Origin: Octopus sinensis
Lineage: Eukaryota
Assembly: GCF_006345805.1 (NCBI RefSeq)
Contig: NW_021836131.1
Location: 124,001-188,000 of the forward strand
Length of the DNA stretch: 64,000 bases
Reading direction: 5' to 3'
Shown piece by piece: positions 53,831 to 64,000 of this stretch (its first letter is position 1; each line of letters opens with the position of its first letter). Below the pieces are notes generated by a model. That model made no database searches and had not been told where the DNA came from. It saw nothing but the letters and a program-made list of their open reading frames with translations. The translations under genes were made by a program, and so were the position numbers.

Positions 53831-54029
53831 TCGACTTTTTCTCAAGTGTGAAAAATAGCTCCCAAGATTCCCATAAATGGGGGGTCTGGCGATCAAAGGG
53901 GTATCTGCCACAGTAATGATTGATCTAGATTCAAGAAGAAAAAAATGGTTTTGTGATTCAAAAAAATATCAAAGACTTAGCGAAGTTAGAATAGCTTAAT
54001 TAAAATTTAATTCAATAAATTTTATTTAT

Positions 54030-55205
54030 TTAACCCCATTCTCCCCCTAAATTGGGAAGGATTGCGGGACGAAGAAAACCAACAGACTTTTTAGAGTTAC
54101 ACCATAAGTCAAGGATAGAATCAATCTTGTATGATTTTTTTAAGGCGGCAAGGTTTTTACATTTCAGAAAAAGGTGACTTACTGTGTGTCGTCCGTCAAG
54201 CCAGATTGGACAACTCAGATCGACATTTTTGTCGAGTTTGTTTTGATAGTCGAGTAGTGAATGATGTTGCTCACAGTTCATTCTGATCTTTAAGGCTGAG
54301 ATCCTTTTCAGCTGTATTTATTTTTGGAGGTTGGTTGTTGAGGATATTGTTTACAGTGAAGTGTGTTTAGGCAGGGCTTCGTTAATAGTTCTTTTATGTT
54401 CGATGGTTTTTTGTTAGTGAATAAGTTTAGAATTTTATAGTAGTGAAGTCCTGGCGTGTTTTTGATGTTCCTTTCAGGATTTTTATTGTCGTGAGATTGC
54501 GACTTGGATGATTTTTGAGCATACTTGGTCAGGCAAAAATTAGGTTCCATGAATGTCAAATTGGTCTGCAAGTTTGATAGTGTTGGTCTCCTAATGCATA
54601 TGTCGGCCGGAATAGACTTTATACAACTCGTACTGATTCTATGTGCTTGGTTTTGAATTGATTGTAATTTCTGAAGGAATGTTTTTGACGACAGGAGCGC
54701 CCATGATGGACTTGCATAGTTTAATGTTGGAAAAATATATTGTTTGTATATAAATGTTGGACATTCTTTGTTTTGTCCAATGTCGGTTTCTGTGAGTAAA
54801 CGAAGGGCATTCATTGTACATTTGCATTTATAAGTCAGTTTTCAATGTGCTGGCAAAATGATAGGGAGGTATCATAGGTTATCTCGAGTATTTTGAGTTT
54901 TTGATGTGAAGGATTTGATTTTGTTGGTTGTGATTGTCGGAATGAAATTGTGTTCTTCTGTATTACTTGTTAGAAAGTAGCTGATGATTTAGTTAGTGAT
55001 AGAGATAGCCCGTTTAGAGTAATCTAGTTATACAGATATTAATGAATGGTTGAACTTGGTGACATGCCGCCATTGGATCTGTGTTCGATGATGTGATAGT
55101 AATATCATCTGCGTTTAAGAACAGAGATACATTTTCTGGTGGTGTAGGAATGTCACTTAGGTAAGTGTTGAAAGTGTGGGAAATGGGACAGATGACTGGG
55201 AGGAT
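54030..55205 (-). mobile_element. Degenerate LINE (I/Jockey-like) with RT and C-terminal CCHC pieces
   Basis: LFLNADDITIT, FIYKQYIFPTLNYASPSW...LQSIQNQAHRIST and CPIWLDGRHTVSHLFLKC. Confidence 0.8.
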
Positions 55206-55212
55206 ACAAGTA

Positions 55213-55936
55213 CAGTAAAGTTTCTCGAATCCGCCAATTTCGGGGATCGGCAAAATCTGGCGGATTCGAGAATTTGGCGGATTCGAGAGACTTATCGATT
55301 TTTTAATCCATTAATAATTTAAATTATTAAGCCAAAATAATTAATTAAAAACAAAAAAATCAGTAAGTTTCGACTTGTTTCTTCGTAGAGTTTGGATCAT
55401 TGAAGATCCAATGTTTTCAATATACTCAAGATTTTCTATATTAAAGAATTCTTCTTGATTATAGAACTCTTTTAATTTGTTTAAAGCGATAAAAGCCTCG
55501 TTAATGGTAACAACTTTCTGACTTTGTTCACACGGTTCTTCGCTAATTTCTTGTTCTATTTTTTCTGAATTATTTAATTCAAGTTCTTCACTTTCATTAT
55601 ATTCAATCTCAATATAAAGACTTTCTTCTAACGGATCAATAATATCCATTTTTTCCAGAATATTATCATAATTTTCAATTAAGGGATTTTCATAATTAAT
55701 ATTTTCATTGTTTTGAGTCCATTTTGCATGAATGAAACAATTTAAAATTAAGGAACTTTCTATTTTGTTCCAAGCATAATATGTAAATAATATTGAATCT
55801 TTTATGCTTAGTTGTTTGTGTGCAACATAGGGGTTTGTCCCAGCTTCAATTTTTTGAATTATATTAGAAAATTTTAGAGAGTTGAATTTACATTTATACG
55901 ATTTAATTATGCCCTGATCCATGGGCTGTAAGATCC
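55213..55936 (-). mobile_element. pogo/Tigger 3' half with one TIR, truncated by duplication B'
   Basis: ILQPMDQGIIKSYK...KLTDFF; terminus TA|cagtaaagtttctcgaatccgcc at 55213. Confidence 0.85.
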
Positions 55937-56561
55937 ATTTCATCACATCAAAAAATTTTATACTATTGAAATGTACGCTATGATCCATTAATTAGCGATA
56001 TTATGTTACTTTCCGGATTGACCAAATAAACAAATTTGGGCACATAAGAAAGTACAACTAAATACAAAACACATGTGGTTTTTTATCTATCATTTTTTAG
56101 TAATATAATATATTTTAAATATCGCAATATAAATAAACTATATTCAAAAATTAACTACATAATATTCGAGACTACAAAGTTAAATCAGCTAAGAATCATA
56201 TTATTAACTTGTGATTGATCAAAATTTATAATAGGGTCAAATCTCTATTGCGCGCCAAATTTTTTTAAAAAAATTGAAAATTTCTTTAGAAATTTTCTAT
56301 TGCTCGCCAAATTCTAAATCTCTTCAATTTTGAGAAAAACAATTTCACGAAGATCAATTAATCATCTTAGGCTTGATAAACAAAAAAAATACTTGATAGT
56401 TGATCCTTTTTTCTCAAGCAAAAAACGTCTATTCAATCTAACATATTCAACTATTTATAAAGAAGTAATGACATAAATGGAACACATCGAAATTCGTGGA
56501 TTCTTGGACGACAATTCTATTTTTTTGAAAGCGCAAAAAGTCGCCGATTTACATGGAATTA

Positions 56562-58303
56562 CAGTCCGACCCCCAAATGGGGCACCAAGTGCCCCAAAAT
56601 GCGGGGGTGCCCCAAAAACAGGGGTTTGTTATTTTTTTAAAAATTAAACCATTAATAAACATCAAAAAACATTTTTACTAAAATATTCAGTTATTTTCTT
56701 TTTATTTGTAGAGTTTTGTCTGATATTGTTCGTCAATTTCAGCCGAAAATCAAAAAAATCTCGGAGCATACTTGGTGCAACATTAGAAATTTTTTCTTCT
56801 AAATTGTTAAGCAGATCTTTTGTTTTTGCTACGACATTTTCACTATTTTCGGTTTCTGAATATGTATCATAAACATTATTGTTCATGTCTTCGCATTCTC
56901 CATCAATTGTTTCGTTAACAACTTGATCTAAATGTTCATCTGTTAGACAGTTTTTTGTTGCATAAGAATCACGGTTCCTGTCGATTTTCTTCCAACAATT
57001 AACAATACTTTTAGCATCTATTTTCTCCCATCCTTTTGAAATTAGCATCATAACCTGACGCAAATTTAATTTACCAATAGAATGTGTAAAATCGTTTTCG
57101 AAATCTTGAAAACATAAAAATTCCATTAAGAAAGAGGAATAATAATCTTTAAAAATCTTGATTATTCCCATATCCAAAGGTTGTAAATAGGGCGTTGTAT
57201 TTTTCGGCAAAAATAAAAATTCGATGTTCGAACATTCGGCAGTTTTATGGCATCCCGCATTGTCAAGTATTAATAATATTTTTCTGTTGTTTTTGCAAAA
57301 CGATTCATTTATAAGTGTAAGCCAACTCATAAAAGTCTTTCCAGTCATCCATGCATTTTGAGAAGATGAATACAATAACCCAAAATCTTGAACATCAAAA
57401 TTTTTTAGACACCGAGGTTTTTTATATTTTCCAATAATCAATGGATTAAGTTTTTCCCCGATTAAACTGCAGCATAGAAGAACAGTGAGTCTTTCTTTCC
57501 CTTGTTTATAACCAAAACACGGTTCGCCTTGTTCAACAAATGATTTTTGAGGAGTTCTTTTTATAAAAAGCGCAGTTTCATCACAATTAAATATATTCTC
57601 AGGTCCATATTTTAATACTTTCTGGTCATATTTTTCAAAATAATTTTTCACATAAGATAAATCACATGAAGCTTTTTCACCACATATTGACTTGAATTGA
57701 AGTTCATGCCGCAATTTAAATCTATCAAGCCACCCATTGGAAGCTTTAAAAGAAGTAAATCCAATTTTTGAAGCTGTAACTAAGGCAATTTTTTTCAAAA
57801 TAGGGCCTGAAATCGGAATTTTATCTACGCGTAGTCTTTGAAATATTTCAAAGACTTGATCATCAAATTTATCTTTATCGGCTTTAAATGTGTCATATTC
57901 CTCAGAAATAGTATTGCCGTGTTGCAAGAAAGGTACAATATTTCGTTTATTCTTGATATTGTTCCTTTACTTGTGTTGTACTTTTTCATTAGTTGCCTCT
58001 CAGATAAATTTTTCTTCAAAATTTCTTTAGCAATCTTCAATTTAGTTTCGTAATCCATAACCACAACAATAAAAATATAAATTGAAAATAAAACAAAAAA
58101 TAATTAATTTATTATAATTTTATTTTATTTTTAATTCCTTATAAATGATTTTATGGTGCCCCAAAAATTCCATAATTTTTTATCGATTTTTATTTTTTTC
58201 TGCCAAAATGTACTTTTGGAATAAAGTGCCCCAAATTGCGGGGGTGCCCCAAAATCCGAGGGTGCCCCACCCCTGGGGTCTGCCCCATTTTGGGGTCGGA
58301 CTG
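56562..58303 (-). mobile_element. Full-length 1742-bp pogo/Tigger transposon with TA TSD; transposase broken by a single -1 frameshift near 57945
   Basis: TIRs cagtccgacccc(c/a)aaatggggca. The empty site gaaatTActg is at about 9536 in copy B. Motifs: HTH (ETKLKIAK, FKASNGWLDRFK) and NCDETAL, ILDNAGCH, LQPLDMGII. Confidence 0.96.
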
Positions 58304-58744
58304 TACTGATTTCAAGGCTAGCAATGGCTGACTTTTTAAATTCAAAAAACGGAATAATATTAAGTTAAAAAGTTTTCGTGAAAGTTTTATATGACTAACG
58401 TAAACTTTAAGACGAAGTAATTGCACAAAATTACATTAATTGCTTTTATTTCAGTAATTTGCACAAAATTACATTAATTCTTGCTAAACAACCACAATTT
58501 TACAGTTTATGGATCAGGGAATCATCCGCTCATTTAAAGTAAACTTTAACAAATTTAAATTTGAGGCGATGTTAGACAAAATTGACAATGATTCACATAA
58601 AAAGCTGAATTTAAAAGACGGCCTTCTTTTTACGCATTTTGGACAGAACAATGTTACTTAACAAACAATTGCGAATTGTTTCAGGCATGGCAAATGGATT
58701 ATTATTAATAGCACGTACACAGAACCAAAGAAATGTTGAATTAG

Positions 58745-59483
58745 GTAAGGTCCCGTTTATGCCGCACGTTTAGAAATCTTGTTCACCAGGCGTCTCCATC
58801 GGGGTCTGCTTTGAGCATATACTCGTAGGTCTTCAAGGTCGTCAGCACATCCAAGTTTTCTTCCAATTCCGTTGAGATCCTTGTTTAGTGCAACAGGGAG
58901 AGTAACCCTGGGCCTTCCCCTGAACGGTGTTTTGTTGTTATTGTTAAAGTAATCATCCACTATCGTGTTTTCTGGTGTGTTTACGTCCAGCCTAAGTACG
59001 TGTCCAAACAGCCTTGATTCTATAATATCGACGTTTATTGGCACCGATCGTGTCACAGCGTATAATTTTCTGTTAGGAATCTTTTTTGGCCATCCTAGGC
59101 CCAGTAGATTGCGTAGTTGTTTTCTGTGAAACGTGTCCATTTTATGTAGTTCTGCCTCCATGACACCCTAGGTACCCAAGTTGTACATGAGTACTAGTTT
59201 TATATATGAGTTGTACAGCTTTAGCTTGAGGTTTGTTTTTTGAAGTTTTTAATGATTCCATATCTTTTGCATTTTCTTGTACACTGCAGAGGCTAAAACT
59301 CTCTGGAACATTATGTCCTCACTATCACCAAATAATGATCCCAATTTCCTTTTTTTCCTCCAATTTTCATCAATATATTTCGATTCCCTTGCGATTCTTA
59401 AAAGTTCGATCTTTTCTTGATTAACGTGCAAACACCATCTCTCGAATTCGTCCGGAATTCTCTTCAAAACAGATGCAAGTTCA
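58745..59483 (-). mobile_element. RTE 3' fragment (duplicate of 9947-10681)
   Basis: ORFs 58757-59161 and 59249-59467 match the RTE C-terminus. The RT core is removed by a deletion. Confidence 0.88.
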
Positions 59484-59888
59484 TTATTCTTTGCCTTGAC
59501 TTGTAATCTTGAAAAATAAATATATGTTGTGGATACGTATTCTTCATGTCATCGGTTATATAAAGATTTAACATTGTTCTGTTTCCTGTTACTTTCTTAT
59601 AACGCTATATCTTTTAGATTTTTCTAAAACATTAATAAACATTTTTATCGAAGATCAGAAGAATATGGTATCGTTCTTTATTTACCAAATATTCAATTAA
59701 AAAATTTACTTGTATAGTAAATTATCGCGTTTTTATATATTTTATGACTGCTGAAACTTACACAAATATAAGCGTTAGCTGATTCTTATTCTTGAAATTA
59801 CATGCAAACTAATCTAAGCGCTACTCGAATATAAGTCTTATCAATTTTATATTTTTAATTTTTTTGGAATTATTAAAAAACCAATGAA

Positions 59889-60275
59889 GTGGAGAAATTT
59901 CACAAATACGACCTCCTTGCAAACGAACTGTCGGCTCTCTATGAAGCAAAAGTGAAGATTATTCCAATTGTCTTGACATGGGATGGAGATGTCTCAAAGT
60001 TCTTTAAAAGTCATATGGACAAGTTATCCATTGAAGAAAGAACGAAGACATACATCCAGTCCGTTGTGCTGAAGAGGACGCTAGAGAGTATGCTTATCGA
60101 CCACAGACATGGGATGAAGGTAGACAACGAGAAGTACGCCTCTGCCGCCAATCAACTTGCGGAGCTGGCATGTCGTGAGGACACTCAATTGAATAAATTC
60201 ATTGACGCAGAAATAGAGAATGAAAGAAAGTTTATGGAAAACTCTTCTTCTAAGCGAAGAAGAGAAATCACTTAA
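59889..60275 (+). mobile_element. RLE-type non-LTR 3' fragment (duplicate of 12585-12971)
   Basis: EKFHKYDLLANEL...IIPIVLTWDG. Confidence 0.7.
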
Positions 60276-60618
60276 GATCTGGATTTTTAATTAGCTAGTT
60301 TCACGTGATTGTTTTCCTTGCTACATGTTCTTTAGTATTAGAAAACCAATATAACTTTCAGCAAATATAAGTTTAAGGAAAATCTATTTTTTTGAATGCT
60401 TCATTTTTGCAATCTTTTGATAGTGCCATTAATAAGCTATTTAAAAACTATTTAGTATAAAAATAAAAATATTTATTGAACCGAAAAAAATCAGAAAAGA
60501 AATCCCATGAAATAGAATTTTGTATAAGTATTGGGCTGAGAGAATATTTCAGATAATTGTGTTTGTACCTCCTTTAGGGTGGGCTATTTCGATATCGTTT
60601 AAAGAGTTTCGCCGTTTG

Positions 60619-61150
60619 TTATGTCCTGTTCATTATGTTCCCATTATATAGTAAATTCATGCTGCTGTGCAGGATGTGGAGGGGGGAGTGCTCGCAGAGG
60701 AAGAGTGAGTAGATCTGGTAGGCCAGCACGGGCAGTCCGTAGGGAAAGTGTGTAGGCTGGAAATGGGTGAAACAGTCCACGAGGAGTGCGAATAGCTGAG
60801 TGAGCACACCATTTACCAATTCACTCGCCCTTCCTCTTCTCAGCACATATCCCAAAAATATGTAACTCAGTGTCGGGTTGTGCAGCACTGTCTTGTAGTT
60901 GAACATGTCCAGTCTCATCTCCTCACTCCTCCACGTCCTCCAAGACCTGTACGCAAATGACTATACTCTCCACACACTTCACCTTCCTACCCACTCCATC
61001 CACTTGCTCCACGTCGCCTACATTTACATTTCTTATTACTTTCCGGGTACATCTCACTTCCTATCGCCACTGACATTCTCTTCTTGCACGCCTGTCTTCG
61101 TTGACCCGATCCACTAAACATCCTCCACTGCGTCTCGACCGCAATTTATT
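60619..61150 (-). CDS. Duplicate of the unidentified GC-rich coding region (13315-13820)
   Basis: 99-aa ORF, 27 bp longer than in copy B. Confidence 0.4.
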
Positions 61151-61643
61151 TGTGTTATTTACCGTACCAAGAATAATGCTAATCAGTCCTCATTTATTAT
61201 TAACTAATATTCAATCTATTTTATTGTTATTCCTGTTTTGTTCAGACTCCCCTTTTATAATCCCGTCCTTCTATGCAGAGGATCGACTCCACCAACCAAC
61301 CTGATTCTCTCCATAACAAAGTATGCTCTCTGGACACCAAGTACTCTAATATTTACATAATGGAACGAGACCAAATATCAAAATTCTAATAAACAGCTGT
61401 TCCGTTTTCCAATGCCCTAAAAATTCACTAAAGCCGGAAATGTAGTCAACTGGCATAAAGAGCAGAGTGTTGACTGAAAAGAAGACTTGTTTGCTTCCAA
61501 AAAGACGCACAATCCACGAACCCGATTAGTGGCAGTCACAAGGTGTGTCGGAATAAGGATAATTATTAATTATATTTGTGTAACTACAAACAAACATGTT
61601 GGGCGGTGTGCCCGGAATACAATAAAATACATTCTGAGCAAAC

Positions 61644-62612
61644 ATTATCGGGTAGCAACCAATGACGGAGATTTTACTCAACTTTCGTACACTGATCAGA
61701 GAAAGTAATTTTATTGATAGTCGCAGTGTTATTTCATGTTGAGAAAAAAGGTTAGTCAAAAACTGTGTAGTTTTAGAAATTATGATAAGCTCTAAATATC
61801 AATGAATGATAAGCTCTAAAAATAGAGTTCTTTCCCAACGTCCTTTTGCGGAATGGGGCTTGCCAACAATTCATATTTTGCACACAAGGCTAAATATGAC
61901 ATCAACAAGTTGTCCTACAAAAAAGCCCTTTGCAAAATCAAAAAATCCAAAAAGAAGCTGCGCCTAAAAATATTGCGAAGAGAAGGTCGAGGAGTGCTGG
62001 AGAGAGTGCCCGAGGGACAGAGTGAGGGGACATCCGAGGAAGTAGTAGTGCAACAATGTGAGGAGGGATTAGAACGAGTGCCTGAGGGTGTTCCCGAGGG
62101 AGTGCTGGAGAGAGTGCCCGAGGGATAGAGTGAGGGGACATCCGAGGAAGTAGTAGTGCAACAATGTGAGGAGGGATTAGAACGAGTGCCTGAGGGTGTT
62201 CCCGAGGGAGTGCTAAAGAAAGTGCCCGAATGGAATAGTGAAGGAGTGTGCACTGGAGAGTGAAGAAGTAATAGTGGAAGGAGCGTATTCAGCCCGAGAT
62301 TGCGAAGTGAGGGCGAAGGAGGGTTGCACTTTCGGGTTCACATTGGTGATGAACGAGGACAAGCACCTCATCGCCAACGTCATTGCCAATTCTCCGGCGG
62401 CTGACGCGGGTGTGCGGGAGGGGGACATTGTGGTGCAGGTGAACGACGTGAATGTGGAGAAGATGGAGCACGAGGAGGTGGTCGAGCTGATAAAAGAGAG
62501 GGAAGGGAGTGTGAGTCTGCTGGTGGTGGACGAGTGTGCGTATCAGTACTTCTTTGACAGGAAATTGACTATTTCGAGTGAGTGCGTCAAACATGTCACC
62601 AACTTTGGTTGA
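61644..62612 (+). pseudogene. NHERF-like tandem-PDZ duplicate: PDZ1 largely replaced, linker expanded with an in-frame stop
   Basis: Sequence 61685-61890 replaces 14331-14467. The extra 108-bp unit carries gga tag. PDZ2 is intact (62238-62612). Confidence 0.8.
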
Positions 62613-63379
62613 TTAACTGACTCACTCTCGAGACACCCACTTCCCCCCTCACATCCCACGCCCTCACATCCCCTTCCTCCTCCACACCATTCCCGACGAC
62701 ATCATCCGACTCAGGGACCAAATCGAGGCGAGACAGCGCAGTCGTGAGGCGGGTGGGGGGGAATATTAAAAGTCTAGTCAAGACTATATCTCGGATGTAG
62801 TACTAACGCTAATATTTTCCTTCAATAGAAAATTTTTCAGCAAAAGAAATGGGATTTGATGGAAACATGGCTTTTTTCACAGAACCCCCATATTATTTCA
62901 ATATGAATTATAGTCAGGAAAACGATTTAATTCCGCCATCTTATGAATCTGAATTATCTTCGAAATCATTTTTTTCTTTAAAAAATCCCCCATTTTATGG
63001 ATTGGGAGAAAAGAAGACATATGATTCTAATATTGAAGAAATTGATTCTCTTCAAATGAACAACAACTAGTTTATTTGCTAATTTATGTAACTCGGTTTT
63101 AGATATACTCATTATTTATTAATTTTTTAGTTCTTTTAAAATTAGGCACCAATTATTTTCAAATAATTATTTTGTAAAACTTGATTTAGATACGATCCGG
63201 CTTAGAATTAAAAGATTAATGCTTATTTTTTATTTCTATAATCGTCAACTTAATTCTATTAAGATAAAAATTTTATTTATGACTAAAAATTTGCATCTAT
63301 GATTTGTGAATAAATTGTTTGTAAGAATTACATTTTATTGATTATAAAAAAGGAGAAAATAAAAAAGTCCTGGAAGAAG

Positions 63380-63785
63380 GACGAGCTCAATCTGCGAGCA
63401 TTGCCAGAGAACGGTTAGGTCCCGGCCAAACGGATAGCTTGCGCGTTCCCGCGCATGATTGTAACCGAGATCCTCTGTCTTAGCCAAGAGGATTCGCGTG
63501 CATCCATATCTCTCCGAGCAATAAGGAGGCTGACATTCTTCAAGAATTTGGATGTTTGCAGGCCGAAGGCTTCGGAGATCCCAAAATCGAAAGGGACAAA
63601 GGAATGTTGGGCGGCGAGTTGTCTGTACTTTTCGGTTTTGTGAGTTTCCGCCAAAGCCGTGGCCGATCTAGGAGAAGATGCTGATGAGAGTATCGCCAAT
63701 GGGTACCAAGAGCTTGCGGAGGAATTTTCCGTCTTTGGACCAAGAGCACCCGATGTCTCCACTGCTATCGGCATCACGAAAAACT
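63380..63785 (-). mobile_element. CRE-like (RLE) non-LTR 3' fragment, internally rearranged
   Basis: PIAVETSGALG, AETHKTEKYRQL...FVPF and WLRQRISVTIMRGNAQAI. Confidence 0.8.
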
Positions 63786-64000
63786 CATTCGAAAGGGCAG
63801 ATTAATTGTTTGTGGACCAATGATTAATTAGTCATATTAGTATGACTCATAATAATTTTGATTATAAATTTTTAATCTGAAAGTACAAAAATTGATTATT
63901 TCAATAATTTGACACTTAAAATATTTTTATAAAAGTTTTTTATTTACATTTTCCCAACTAAAAATAGATACAGGGTATTTCATTAATATATCCTCTAATT

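Larger units (their letters stand above)
55937..62815 (+). repeat. Segmental duplication copy B' (partner 8861-15318)
   Basis: Colinear with B except for the pogo insertion, a 1.5-kb deletion, a replaced PDZ1 segment and an extra 108-bp unit. Confidence 0.95.

Overview
This is AT-rich eukaryotic, apparently animal, DNA whose spliceosomal introns are mostly only about 23-30 nt long, so the ORF track misses or fragments most genes. Genes rebuilt by hand are COG5, CENPJ/SAS-4, a 5'-truncated actin, a tandem-PDZ (NHERF-like) gene, a TALE homeobox gene, an ARM+BTB (ARMC5-like) gene, VWA3, a SAMHD1-like HD-domain dNTPase, PMVK, NDUFS6, EEIG1/FAM102 and RBM7. There are two segmental duplications: 1-7399 matches 28243-36681, and 8861-15318 matches 55937-62815. 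Transposon remnants are abundant (pogo, Tc1/IS630, hAT, RTE, other LINEs, RLE-type non-LTR elements and two TGTC...GACA MITEs with 5-bp TSDs). The main discovery is the apparent 53-bp 'satellite' at 50657-53203. On the minus strand each unit is a 27-nt exon plus a 26-nt GT-AG intron. Spliced, the 47 in-register units give a stop-free Ser/Thr-rich mucin repeat (IPTTKSSTT / IPTTKSTST), followed in register by a terminal exon encoding a transmembrane helix. The repeated intron is 22/26 identical to the start of that TM-coding sequence, which suggests serial intron birth by intronization plus tandem duplication. Splicing is inferred from sequence only. I found no CRISPR array, rRNA or tRNA. Tiny introns, ciliary/centriolar genes and TTAGGG-like repeats would fit a compact-genome animal such as a dicyemid or orthonectid, but the species cannot be determined here. 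Many frameshifts lie in homopolymer runs and could be consensus errors.
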